Assembly (NCBI GenBank): GCA_023515725.1
Contig: JALDTO010000162.1
Span: 479,555 to 543,554, forward strand
DNA: 64,000 nucleotides
Source of the DNA: Amoeboaphelidium protococcarum X5
Lineage: Eukaryota; Fungi; Aphelidiomycota
Reading direction: 5' to 3'
Of this stretch, positions 50,129 to 62,894 are shown one piece after another (position 1 is the first letter of the stretch; each line of letters opens with the position of its first letter). Below the pieces are notes generated by a model, which did no database searches, had not been told where the DNA came from, and saw only the letters and a list, made by a program, of their open reading frames with translations. Both the position numbers and the translations under genes were made by a program.

Positions 50129-52666
50129 ATGAACAAAAAAAAGAGTCAACAAACATAATAATAATTGTCATAGAGTAACGGTGGGAAGTAGGGAGTGTCT
50201 GAGACATTTCTGTCACCGCCAGTGGAGGAAGCATTGCATGAAATATTGAGAGACTGGCCTCAACTGGTGCCGAGCATAGAGCAGATTGAGCGTAATGAAA
50301 CAGACTACAATCCCATCACTCTGGCGCTAGAACTGCTTGATACAACTAATCCTGCATCCAAGTCTCCGGATATGTTCTTTGAGTCTCTGGGCAAGTTGGA
50401 ACATGCGATGGAGGTATTGGTGGATGAATACTACACCCCATTTAATGCCAGTATCCAGACGTACAGTCAAGTGTCACAAATGGTTGGATCATCGCTCACA
50501 TCAGCCACCACGATCAAAAGTGATCTGGTCAAGTGTATTACTCTGCTTTCTGAACGAAGAAATGATCGCATGAATTAGGAACTCCTGTCAGTGTGGACCA
50601 AGTCTGTCAAGGTGAAGGAGATGCTCAAGATGTTCACGCAGATTGATGAACTTGTCTAGACTCCTGCAAAATTATAAAGGTTGATGACAGAAGCAGAGTA
50701 TGTACAGGCTGCCAAGTTGTTGCTTTCAAGTCTCAAGAAACTTGGTGTCGGTCAGTCATAGACTAGCGGTTTGAATGAAGTTCAAGGTCTGAAGCAGTTG
50801 ACTGAAAATCTCTTAGTGTTGCGTAAAGAACTTCCATCACAGATATTGGATCACTTGGTGGAGATCATGTTTGGACATGGAGATTATTATTATCAGTAGA
50901 ACTTGTTTAGTTTAGGTCGCCAGCTCTGTATTGAGAATAGTGGTGGTTATGGGATAGACGGTGATATTCATCATCCAGGTAAAGAGAATGATAATTTTAT
51001 CCCTGGACATATCCGTCATAATCGAGACTAATCTAATTCCGTGTAAAGCAAAAGTAATGGCAAAGTTTCTAATAATGCTAGTACCACTCGCAATGATAGT
51101 AATAAAGATGTTTTTCATCTTGTCAACATGTGCGTCTAAGCTTTGGATTTATTAGATAAAGTGAATGAATCTGCTGCTGAGATCAAAAGTAGACTGAGCA
51201 ATGAAATGTTCAAAGTTACTGAGGCTGTAATTAAGTAATTTGAGTGCGATTTTGGCTAGACGAAAGGTTAATTGAAGCAATTTAAGAAGAAGACTGCCAC
51301 TTTGGTATTGAATGAAGTTTTCAATCTGAAAAAGAAGGACCCCCTCTGGACATTGCTCAAAGGAGAAGATGAACAATAGCGAAAATTGTTACTCCTTCTA
51401 TTCTCTTAACTGTTTGAGAGGTATAAGTGGATTTACTAGATGAATTAGTATGTGGTGAAGTGCCTCAAGGATTCTTACATGTCAGAGTCCACGGAGAAGA
51501 TGTATTATCTGTAGGTGACTGATGGGCGAAAGAGTCCTGTGAAAGATAAGGTGCTACGTTTATCTGCTGTAGATTCTTGGAATGCCATTTAGACGGAGCT
51601 GAAAGATATTTTGGGGTTGTATTTGGACATTTAGTCTCACCAGTTTTAAGATAAGCCACTGCCCATTGCAAAACCTTAAGGAGCGTCTGGTAATGCATCT
51701 AATAGCGCGGTGTAAAAGTCAATCTTCCAAATCGCCACTGAAAGCATTACCGGCGTGGCTCAGTCTGCCAAGAGTGCCAGCAGTCCATTGAAATCAAAGC
51801 CTGAAGATGGATAATTGCGCCCACAGTCTACCTAGATCCCCGTGGCCATCAATACATTGGGAGCTCAGGGACATAAAGTTTTAGTAGATGGTAGCATTGC
51901 CAATATCCTCACTCTGTATAAGCCATGCGTAGACTTTGCAGCTTTTATGGAAGCTAATTTCCTGAATAGATTCGAGCGCCGTAGTGAGATATTCTCTTTT
52001 CTCAACACCGCGTTGGGTACGCACTTTATTGAATACATAAACAAGATGGTGGTGGAGAGTCGATACAACACTAATGTAATGGTTGATGACGCGTTTGACA
52101 TTGACTCTGAGTCTGATGACTATTATCTTGTGCAAAGATGCTTTCCCTCAATGTCTGCTCTGCTCTACGATGTGTATGTGGTATAACGCAGAATGCTCAT
52201 GTTTGCTGATAAGTTACAAGCTATAATTGACAGGTGCATGAATTAGTTTATCAGCTCTTGCTCAGCGTACTTTGAGAAGACTGCCGGTAGGATAAATTCC
52301 GGCTTATCAAGCGAGTACTCTAGTAGTAGAATCGCTATTGATGTTTTGCAAATGGATCAAGTTACTGCAGTGTATAGGCAAGTTTTTACTGGTGGTGATG
52401 ATGGTGGGAATTCGGGTGCACTTAATAACGTGGTCAATCACGATAAAATGGAACTGTCAATTGATGAAATGCACTCCATTAAGCAGCGATTTATTGAATA
52501 ACGTTTTGGAGAAGAATTTGCATTCATTAATGTTGATTACTCTAGCGTGGAATCTATCGCCAATTTGTACGTCTCTTTGCGATGGTTCACCCGTTCCATT
52601 GAATGTATCTCTGTTAAATTGTCGAATATCCCATCTCAGACCGCTTCGCCTAGTGTACAACGGTGA
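50129..52666 (+). CDS. SEC8: exocyst subunit Sec8/EXOC4, 845 aa (C-terminus appears short)
   Basis: DWPQL..YNPITLALELLD..LVDEYYTPFNASIQTYSQV..IDELVQTPAKL; GHKVLVDGSIANILTLYKP. Confidence 0.85.
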
Positions 52667-52771
52667 TAAATATTACTCGTTATGTTATTGTACCTCTTTT
52701 TGGTTTAGTTGTTATTTTCACGTAATACTTATTTAAATTGTTACTATAGCTAAAACGCGTCAGGTTTCGTA

Positions 52772-53861
52772 ATGACGTTGATTCCCAGCGAAATTATAGC
52801 AAGGTGCCAAGGTAAGTATAAATCTACTAAAAAGTCAATGAGGACGCCATCTGTCTGTATTTAGTGTAGATTTGAATTAACGAATTAACGTAAAATCTCA
52901 ATCTGGTGATGTCTAGAGCGATGAGTCTAATATGCATAATAAGTTTATCCAAGAAATCACCGTGTTAGAATCTTAACTGCACCAGGTGCGCTCTCAAATG
53001 GCAGCATATGATGTGAAAATGTGCTTAGATATTCTTACATCTTTAAAGCGACAATTGGATTCTTATAGTCAAGTTGCGCGTCCAAGATTTAAATTCAAGA
53101 GCAAGTCGCGGTAACGTGAAGCTGATTAGACTTTTTTAGATAAAGACTCGGCAAATTCAGCTTAATAGATATGCGATAAAGCTTATGATTAGGCATCTCA
53201 TGACAATCAAGAGCATTTGGCTGTCAGCGAACAGTGTTTAAGTATTCGTGACGTTCATTATCGCCACCAGTTACCTGAATCCTTGTTGAGTCTTATAGTA
53301 AATGCTAACTTTCAGACTATCTCTGTTAAAAACTGTTCATTCGCCGTAATTGATCTTCAAAGTTTAAAATATTAGCCAAAGTCTCTGCGTATTTCAAATG
53401 TAAAATCGTGCTTGGTGATTGCTCCTCCTGTTGATGGACCGGTGTTTGTAGATGGCGTATCAGAGTCTCTCATCATCTGTCATTGTAAGCAATTGCGCGT
53501 GCATAACAGTTCTGGTGTAAAGTTCATTGGGTTTAGCTCAAGTTCGCCTGTAATTGAGAATTGTACACAGCTCACCTTTGCTGATTCTCGCGATTTTTAT
53601 AATCATTATGAAGATCAAATTTAGTAGGTTGAAGGTAGTTCTGTTCAGTATAATGATGGATCATAAATCGTTGGACCGATTAATAAATTCTATCAAGTGC
53701 AAGATTTTGGTTGGCTCCAAGCTGGGCAGAGTCCAAACTACAATGTTGATAATTCTGTGTCTGATGTTACAAGTCATATCCTAGAGTAGATAAAGATTTA
53801 CTCTGATAATATTCGATAGCAGCAATAACAAGAACAGAAATGTGATATAGGTAGAGGCTGA
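52772..53861 (+). CDS. TBCC: tubulin-folding cofactor C, 1 intron
   Basis: MAAYDVK, PRFKFKSK, VDGPVFV..CKQLRVHNS..SPVIENC, QVQDFGWLQAGQSPNY. Confidence 0.9.
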
Positions 53862-53993
53862 ATTAAAGTAATATTGATGATTAAAAAAATTAACAAATAG
53901 TACAAAGCTAATACTCTTATTAACGTCCAACCTCAAGCGTACACTATTATCGAGCGTTATAACACGTTAATACTCGCCAAGTGTTCACCAAGT

Positions 53994-55787
53994 TCACGTT
54001 CCAACATACTGAGGACCGCCACCACCTTAAGGCACGACCCAATTGATGTTCTGTGATGGATCCTTGATATCGCAAGTCTTGCAGTGAACACAATTCTGCG
54101 CATTGATCTGCAAGCGCTTGCCACCAGATCCATCCTCCTTCTCCACATACTCATAAACACCTGCCGGGCAGAATCGGTTCTCTGGACCATCAAACACGGC
54201 TAGATTCCTATTCACTGGCACATCCTTGTCCTTAAGAGTGAGATGAACAGGCTGGTCGTGATCATGATTAGTACCAGATCTGGTCAAGTTGGTGAGTAGA
54301 TCAAAGCTGAGCACACCATCTGGTTTAGGATACTATATACGCTTAGACTCTGCGGCAGGCTTCAGACAGGCATAATCAGGAGGTCCATGCTTAAAAGTGA
54401 CCGGTAACTTTCCTCTAAACAGAATCGTCTCCAATCCTGACCACAATACACCTCCATAGAGTCCTTTGAACGAGTGAAAGGCAGGACGGCAATTGCGAAT
54501 AGCCCACAATTCCTCCCATACCCACGACTCTTTCAAAGTCTTTTCATACTCAGAAAGTTCAATAGCAGATGATGATGAACCTGCAGACTCTTCAGATGCG
54601 CCGCTAAGAGCATTGAAAGCAGCTTCTGCAGCAAGCATTCCACTCTTCATCGCCGTATGGGTGCCCTTAATTTTTGGCACATTAACAAACCCGGCAGAGC
54701 AGCCAATAAGTGCACCACCTGGGAAGTAAAGCTTAGGTACACTCTACACACCACCCTCATTGATAGCACGGGCACCATAAGCAACACATGTTCCACCCTC
54801 CAAGTACTATCTAATAGACGGATGATGCTTGTATCTCTAAAACTCCTTGTACGGACTCAAATACGGATTAGTGTAATCAAGGGCAACTACAAAGCCAACG
54901 TAGATCTTGTTACCATCTGCATGATACAAGAACGATCCTCCGTAGGTATTAGAGTCTAGAGGCCATCCGAGACTGTGAACCACCAATCCGGGCTGATACA
55001 TCTTATTTTTCTCTGGATCAATCTCCCACACCTCCTTAATTCCGATACCATAAGTCTAGTGTTGACAGTCCTTGCGCAGGTCAAATTTATTAATCAACTC
55101 TTTTGACAGCGAACCGTGAACACCTTCACCAAATAGAGACAGTTTGGCATGAAATTCCATTCCACGTTCGAATGAGTCCTTAGGCTTACCATCACGGCCA
55201 ATACCAACATCATTAGTAGCGACACCTTTCACATTTCCGTTGTCATCATACAACACCTCGCTAGCAGCTATACCTGGATACACCTCAACGCCCAACTCTT
55301 CCGCCTGCTCACCCAGCCACTAGGTGACCTCTGACAAACTAACGATATAATTACCCTTATTAGACAGGGATGGAGGATGCGGTAGAGGAAGCGAAGACTT
55401 TTCAGTGAGATAGAGCATTTTATCTTTAAGTGCAGGCTGTCTTAGAGGAGCACCGCGGTCCTTCCAGTCTGGGATGAGCTCATTCAGAGCCCGCGGTTCC
55501 AACACACAGCCAGACAGCGTGTGTCTACCAATCTCTGCCGCCTTCTCCAACACTACAACTCTTAAATCCTTATTCTTCTCATTGCACAGCTACTTGAACC
55601 TAATCGCTGCTGATAGCGATGCAGGTCCTCCACCAACAATGACAATATCAGTTTCGTCAACCGGTCTCTCTGCCTCAATCTTTGAGCCGAGCACAGACAT
55701 TGGACCCTCTGCATAAGAACTTTAGAATCTTTTGGTACATACCGCTAGCGATTTCTTTATCCTAGACGCTGTAGTCAATCTCTTCAT
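53994..55787 (-). CDS. ETFDH: electron transfer flavoprotein-ubiquinone oxidoreductase
   Basis: [62 protein letters not shown]. Confidence 0.97.
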
Positions 55788-56104
55788 ATTATAGCAGTTG
55801 ATATCACTTTTAAACTATTGCAATTGGAAATAGTGTACAAGCTTTGCACTTACTGACTGAATGACTGACGTTTAATCGCTGCGCAGTTCTAAAGGAAAAG
55901 GAAAATCGTAAAATCTTGGCGCTGATCAGACGCTCTTCAAACAATCTGCTGTTACGATACGACTCTTCTATAAACTCCAATAGCTTTTTAGCAATCATTT
56001 AAAAGAGCAAATAAAGCTAAATTAAAAGCCATGTTGAGATTGTGTATTAATCGCTCTTCTGAATATCAGTAGCGTAAATTACAGCATAAGAGGTAAAAAG
56101 AGTA

Positions 56105-56971
56105 TCAGAAAATGACATCAGCATCATGTTCATCCTGGAGTAGATTAGGCCCGACCTGAGCAGGATCTACAGCGAAATTGCCGTCAGTGTTCATACGTAC
56201 AGCATTCTTGGCCGCTTCCTCATCAGCATGTGCCAGCATTTCTTTATACGCAGCCTCCTTGGCCACCTTCTTCTTGCCTTGCACCTTCTTGAGACGGAAG
56301 AACTCCTCTCTGTCCAGTTCATCCAATTCTGATTGAATGTACTTGATAGTGTTCTCAATCCTGGGGATAACTACGAATTCTATAGCATTAACTCTTCTGT
56401 TGGTAGCCTTGATCACCTCATCCAAGATTACAAAGGCCGTCTACAAAGAGGCAATCTCAATCAACAGCTCTACCGATTTGACGTACGTCTCTTTACATCG
56501 CTGCACCTGAGCACCACCACGACCAAGTCCAGTCAATTCAAAGGCATTACCGGGCTCATATTACTTTTCAAAGGCCGGAATCAACACACCGCTCACGTTC
56601 TCCTGCCGGCTTTTGACTTTATAGTTGGCAGTCTTCACGTTCTCCCGCACCTGATATCCAATGTCACCGGCAGCGTATACAACTTGGGAGTATGAGAAGG
56701 AAGCAGTCTGCATCACCTGGCCCATCTGGCGCTTGAGATCATCAATCTTGTGCAGAATCTCTCTAAATCTCTTTGTCAAAGCCTCGCTCTTCCTCTTTAA
56801 CAGAGAATGACCAGTCTGCGCACCTTTTAATTTAATCTTCATGTTGGTCAAAGCCCTACACAACACAACGCAGTCTTTTTATTAAAGTGATTGTAAGTGT
56901 CAATGGTGATCGATCGACATAAGATAGTCTTACATCCTGGTAGGGAATATCGCAATTCTATTACTGCTCAT
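56105..56971 (-). CDS. VMA8: V-ATPase V1 subunit D, 1 intron
   Basis: IFPTRM|[26 protein letters not shown]; [19 protein letters not shown]; [15 protein letters not shown]. Confidence 0.97.
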
Positions 56972-57247
56972 TATGACTCAATTATTTAAAGTCAACTTTA
57001 TTCTTATTACTATTTGATGAAAGGTCTAGATTACAAATTAAAGGTGATTAATATGCTCAGTTATTACAATGATGATCACTTGAAGATGGACGATGAAGAG
57101 AAAGAGGAACGGGAGATCTCTCAGCGATTGCGACACGGAACTTTACTTAAGAGCGCATAAAGGAAGCTTTGTTAAAGCAGGATTAATTAATGGCTATTCA
57201 TGTAAAAGTGTTATTTATAAGTTAATGAGTCATATCTATTAATTATA

Positions 57248-58528
57248 TCATTGATATTGCTTTTGCTTTGAGAGGATTTACTAAATCTTGACTGATTATT
57301 CGGTAGATAGACTATCGCGCACAATCAGCTCATCCTTTAATACAAGCAAAGTATTTCCCAGTTCATACGGCAAAACATTGTCCCAGCGCGTTAATTTAAA
57401 CTTTCCAAGACTACAGCCAGATATGGCACTTCTACCGCGGCAACATTCATCAGCGATAAATGCAATATCAATCTCTGAGATTCTGATCAACGATCGCTAC
57501 TACTCTTTAGGTGTCGATTCCACTAGATCGCGCCACAGCTATTTGTAAAACTTTGGTCTGTACTCGATAGCTGCGCGGTCAATCGTCACACCACCCAACT
57601 CTGCAAGCACATGGGCAGCAATTGCAGTACCAAACATTGAAGGTAGAGGACTGACTACGGGGAGTGTGCGCACGCGAAAGTTTGGCAGCGTGGCATAATC
57701 TCCTGCTTCTTCAGGCTTATCAGTTGGTAAGGAGGAAATGGACACCTAAGGCTTTTCATCAGAGAATACAACTGTGATCGAGTCTAATACTTTTTCCAAG
57801 TCTTGAGGTTATGGATAGAACTTCTTCAACTTTTACCGGACACTCTTGGCCAGACTATCACCCTTAACTTCAGAAAGAGTAGCTATACGTACGCGAGTCG
57901 GATCAATCTTCATTGCACTTCCCATACTGCTGATAACTTTTATACCACTATCGTAGCAGTATCGCAACAGATCCACCTTGGTGTCGATATTGTCAATGCA
58001 ATCAATCACATACTATGGATTTCCCTTAAGCAATTATTCAGCCGCATCCATTAGGAATAACTACACTTTGGCATCAACACTGCATTGTGGGAAAACTTGA
58101 CGTGCAAAATTTTTAATCGATTATACTTTAGGTAGACCAACATCAGATCTTAGAGCAGTAGCGTGTCGATTAAGTGACGATAGAGTGACTTGATCAAAAT
58201 CTATTACTCTCAGCTTTTGTACACCAGATCGAATTAAATTCACAGCACAGTGCGATCCAACACCGCCAAGTCCCACCACCACGATGAATGTATTCTGAAT
58301 CCTATCCATACCATCTTGGCCAAAGAATTGATAATTACGCGTCAATTACTCCTATTCTAACTCGATATCTCCAGCAGCACATCCAGTATCGTCGCTTGCT
58401 CTATCACTGATTAGGACTTGACGATTCGATTTCTTACTGCTCGGATATTTATCAGCTATCACAGAGAACACTATCCAAGCCGCTGCTGCACCAGATAGGA
58501 ATATAATAGATAATCGATAATTGTCCAT
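57248..58528 (-). CDS. tRNA threonylcarbamoyladenosine dehydratase (ThiF family, TCD1/TCD2-like)
   Basis: TRNYQFFG..VVGLGGVGSH..IDFDQVTLSSLNRHA; LPNFRVRTLPVVSPLPSMFG. Confidence 0.92.
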
Positions 58529-58790
58529 TAAATAAATGATATAGATATTGGATGATTGATTGCCGCGTTTTAATGAAAGATTGTCTTATTACGGAGTCCA
58601 CGTCTCTCTGTCAGTGTGAATGAATAGAGTCAAGTTAGAAGTCCATCGATTTAAGCTTGCTCGCCAGTAGCCACTCAGATTGAATATAGTGTAAAAACAA
58701 TAACCATCAATAACGATAAAACTAAATTAAAAATATGATAACTATTATTCAATCAGTCAATATAGATCAACTCATAGTAGAATTATGCGC

Positions 58791-60699
58791 TCATACTCGC
58801 CAAGAATGATCCTTGACGCGTTTCTTGTTGTTTTTGTGATGCTTCTTACCACCGGCAGCGATATCCAGCATAGATGTAGTGGATCCAACGGCTGAACTAG
58901 CAGCTGCTACAGAGTCTCCATCACCGACGCCACTTCCACTTCCACCCATAATGTAACCACTCTAATGAGGGAAATGATTCAGTCTTGAGAATCCAGGCAC
59001 TTGTTTGTACTTGCCCGTGATCTTGACACCCACCGCGCCACTATCCTAATCTTGGAAGAAGCTCTTATCAAAAGTCTTTGGAGCATGACGGCGCTCTTTT
59101 TGGTTTACTACTGGTGATGCACCTTCATTAAGTGTATTCTATTACGCCGTCTTCTTTGACTCGAGTTTAGCCTGTGCCTGTAGATAAACATCATGCAGAC
59201 GACCACCTTCCTGGTATGAGAACTGATTAAACTATTCGGGATCATACTCACACCCAGGTGGAGGATAGACATACAGCAATTCTCCATTCACATAAGCTTT
59301 CAGTACAAGTCTGGCAGAGCGAGATTCGTCAGGATTACCTTGTCCAGATCTCATAAATCCTCTAGCCTAGGCAAGTGAGAGCAACAAATCTTGTCCAGAT
59401 ATTTTCTAATTCTTACTTTCATCAAGGAATCCATTGGAACTATTAACTGATATGGTTATACCGTACAAGTACTCTAGAAGCCACTTTGGAATTCGCGTAA
59501 CCAACATCTCTGAAGGGGATCTGTAATCTCTAAGCTCATCGACATTCAGTACGCCATTGAGTACCATGTCTGCTTTCGTGGCTGCAAACGTCGGGAATAC
59601 CAGACCAGGACAATCACAGAGAGTAATCTGTGGATAAGACGGAATGACACCCTTCAAGGTCTAAAAGTGCTTAGTCTTACCAGGCGTGGCGGACACATTG
59701 ACTTTCTTATCCTGAATCAGTGCATTAATCGTGGAACTTTTACCAACATTGGGATAACCACATAATCCCACTACAACTTCCTTCTTGTCTGCTGGTGCAA
59801 ATTGCAGCAGAATCTCACAAAGCTCATTGCAGCTGATAACATCACTGACTGATTTTGGCTATTCAACTTTCTGATCATCCACCTGCACATCATCTTGATC
59901 GTCTTCAGTGGCCTGTGAGGCTACATACGCTGAAAAGAAGGCAAACTTGATACCTTAAGCAACAAAGTATTCAGCCCAAGATTCACGCTGCTACTTGCTC
60001 AAAAGATCTGCTTTATTCACCAGCAAGACATTGACTTTCGAACTATCAACCTCGACCACGTACTTTTCCAAATCCTCACTTCTATAGAATAGCGGATTTC
60101 TAGCATCCAAAATTTGAACAACAATATCACTTCTCTCCACGACTCTCCACAACTAACGCCACACTTCGAGATTCCTTTCATATGGTGTCATCAGCATCTT
60201 CTTCTCTTCCTCCAACACGGCCAGAGACTTTCGCCACTCTAGAAAACTATCGCGCTCATTACGATCGAGTTCATCAGCCGTAGTACTCGAATCCCAGTGA
60301 GGACGCCGTGGCACTTTCAACTGATCTTGGTATTGAGTCATTTTCTACTGCACTTCCTTCATCTTGGCATCGCTCATCACCAATGGATTATGAGTATCAT
60401 CAGAGGTGGACACAATGTGCAGATTACGGCGTTCAGCAGTGAATTCAGTGCCAGCCAGCTCTGCATTTCTTAAAAACGCGTCCAAGTCATTTTCCTGTGT
60501 GATTGATTATAATTTCACAGACTTTGGTGTCTTGTCGATATCAGTGGTAAACTACACATTATCATATAAGTTATGGGATATCAATATATATATATATTAG
60601 CTGTAATCTTACAAGTCTAGTGTCATCATCTCTGGGCCTCTACCCAGCAAATCTACTCTTGATTATTGCCCTACCCAATTATTTACCGTTTTTGCCCAT
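58791..60699 (-). CDS. LSG1: large-subunit GTPase 1, 1 intron
   Basis: TPYERNLEVWRQLWRVVERSD, GYPNVGKSSTIN, TPGKTKHFQT, LCDCPGLVFP, GNPDESRSAR. Confidence 0.96.
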
Positions 60700-60839
60700 A
60701 TTTCTCTCTCGCTGTGATTTTGTCGTTTTCAATGCGGAGAAAAGTAAGATCGGCTTTATCTTTGAGGAAATTAGCGGAAAACTGCCTGATATCAGAAAAA
60801 TTATATGTTACAAAATAATCATTATCTAACTGATGGTGA

Positions 60840-62390
60840 TCACCTAAATTGCATGGAAGAATCATTTGATGTGAACATTGTCCAAAGGCGCGAGGCACTG
60901 GAAGGACCTAATCGTCTAAGCTGCGGATTGGACGGGTCGATAGTTCGCTCCACCACCATATCACCTAAAACAGCTTCAGCCTGTCGGGCACTTTAAATAC
61001 CTCGAATTGACCGTCTAAATGATGATACCGTGGGATACTGTCTGACAATAGCCTATGCCACAGGAGGCGTTATTTTGAAAACTTGAAGCAGAATTCGGAG
61101 CCAGGTATCGGTTAGATCTTTACCACTTCCGCCAATGTCATCGGTGCAAATATTTTCATCAACAGCAAACGTTTTAACTAGAACATCAGGACCGCTAGCA
61201 ATCTCACGTGTAAGAGTCAGTATCCATTCACTCACATTCTCACCCTTGTATACATTGATAACGCGAACATCTGAAGAGATTTCCAACATTAGTAACGCGT
61301 TCTCAATTTCAAACTTCTTCACATTAAGGCCGTTGTTAAGTTACAGCTACTAACCAGTTTTAAACGCGCGCTATAATTCAACCTTTTACTTCCTGAAATG
61401 CTGCTCAATGTCATAAACTATTAGTATGAGTTTCTTATTCGGAAAAGAACTCTTGATACTCTCTATTGTGACTGCAAGCTGACCACCACCAATAAGCTGA
61501 GCCAGGTTGCAGCCATCCATCAAGTACGCCACAAATGGTTCTTTGTGGATATAAGGCGTGTCAACGGGATTAAACAGACCCGCTTACTAATCCCACACTC
61601 TCCTCGACTCACGCTCCCATAATATCGTACGGCTGTAAGAGTTGTTGACAACATTGATGCTGGCACCCACAGCTTCCATTTGCACTCTGATCTCTTCAAG
61701 CTTATCCACGGGAGTTCGCGAATCAATCAGCAGTGCCATCTCTTGTACATTCTTGTTCTTGTCTATCGTGATAGCATTAGCCTTCGCAATCGCCTTCTCC
61801 TATTCTTTGGTCTGTTTCAGTCGTTGTTTCTCCTCCAACTTCAGTCGTTTCTATTCGTCTTTTACACGTTGGGCTTCAAGCTTTTTCATAAGTTTTTCCT
61901 GGGCCAGAGCTTCTTTATTTCCAGCATTATTACGAGACCGTTTCACCGATTTACTGTTATTAATTGTACTATCAAAGCCAGCGGTGGTCTAGGAAAAGTT
62001 GGAGCGCGCATTACTGAGAGTCTGCGGCTGAGACGCGCTTTCAAAACTAAAATGAGGCCTCTCGTCCGCCATGCTCTAGCTGAAACTAAATAACGTTGCG
62101 GCATTGTTAGCATTACTCGCAATGTCTTAAAAAGTTGGCAGGTCATCATCATTATCATTATCGTCATTCAGCAGGTCATCATTATTCTCATTAAATGCAT
62201 AGTCAGACTGGACATTGTCTATGCAGTCCATATCGTTTAACGGTACAATATCAGAATCTTGAGTAAAATCGAATTCAACCTCCACCTGGGAAGACTCTTT
62301 CACTTATTGAGAGTATATATTTTCATGCACGATAACATCCTCTTCATTTTCACTGGACAGTAAACTGATGACTTCAATCTAGCCCTTCAT
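60840..62390 (-). CDS. EME1: EME1/Mms4-like crossover-junction endonuclease subunit
   Basis: IENALLMLEI..WILTLTREIASGP..GSGKDLTDTWLRILLQV..AQAIVRQYPT..RRLGPSSASRLWTMFTS. Confidence 0.82.
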
Positions 62391-62894
62391 TACTTCACTA
62401 TAGTGGCAAAGGGGTACTCGCTTCAATCTAAATTTTGCCTCACAGGAAAAGCGAGTGATAGTCGGCCGAAACACTGAAAAGAAACAAACAATTTAGGACT
62501 GCTCGGCGCACGTTATCAGGGAACCTTTCAATTACTTTCTAGAAATTCGACTTGAAATATTTATTGGTCTTGCCAGAAGAATATTTTCCTTGCATTGTGG
62601 TTAAGATTCGCAAAACGGCCATCGATTATACCAACGTGGTACCACGGTATACAAAGCTGCGTTGAGCAGCAGGGAAATACACGTAAATAAGTGGTGCGCC
62701 TGAATCGTACTGTAATCAGCAGACACGTAGATGGCAAACGCTATCATCTGGAACTCTGTTGGAGAATGGGATTGCACTCAGAATATGAAATCAAATAACC
62801 CTCGGTCTCGCGTTGCAATCAGTTGAAACATTTTAAGCAGTCTCTCTAAGACTATTTTACATGAATTTTTATCTATTGCATTAACATCACATCT

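Noticed and set aside
683-62390. Mass pseudogenisation suggested by the fragmented ORF track
   Set aside because: Breaks in host genes are only TAA/TAG at Gln positions; the frames are intact under table 6
62440-62750. Minus-strand frame with PRWYNRWPF resembling PWWNRWYF in the adjacent membrane gene
   Set aside because: Similarity is too short to support a duplicated fragment
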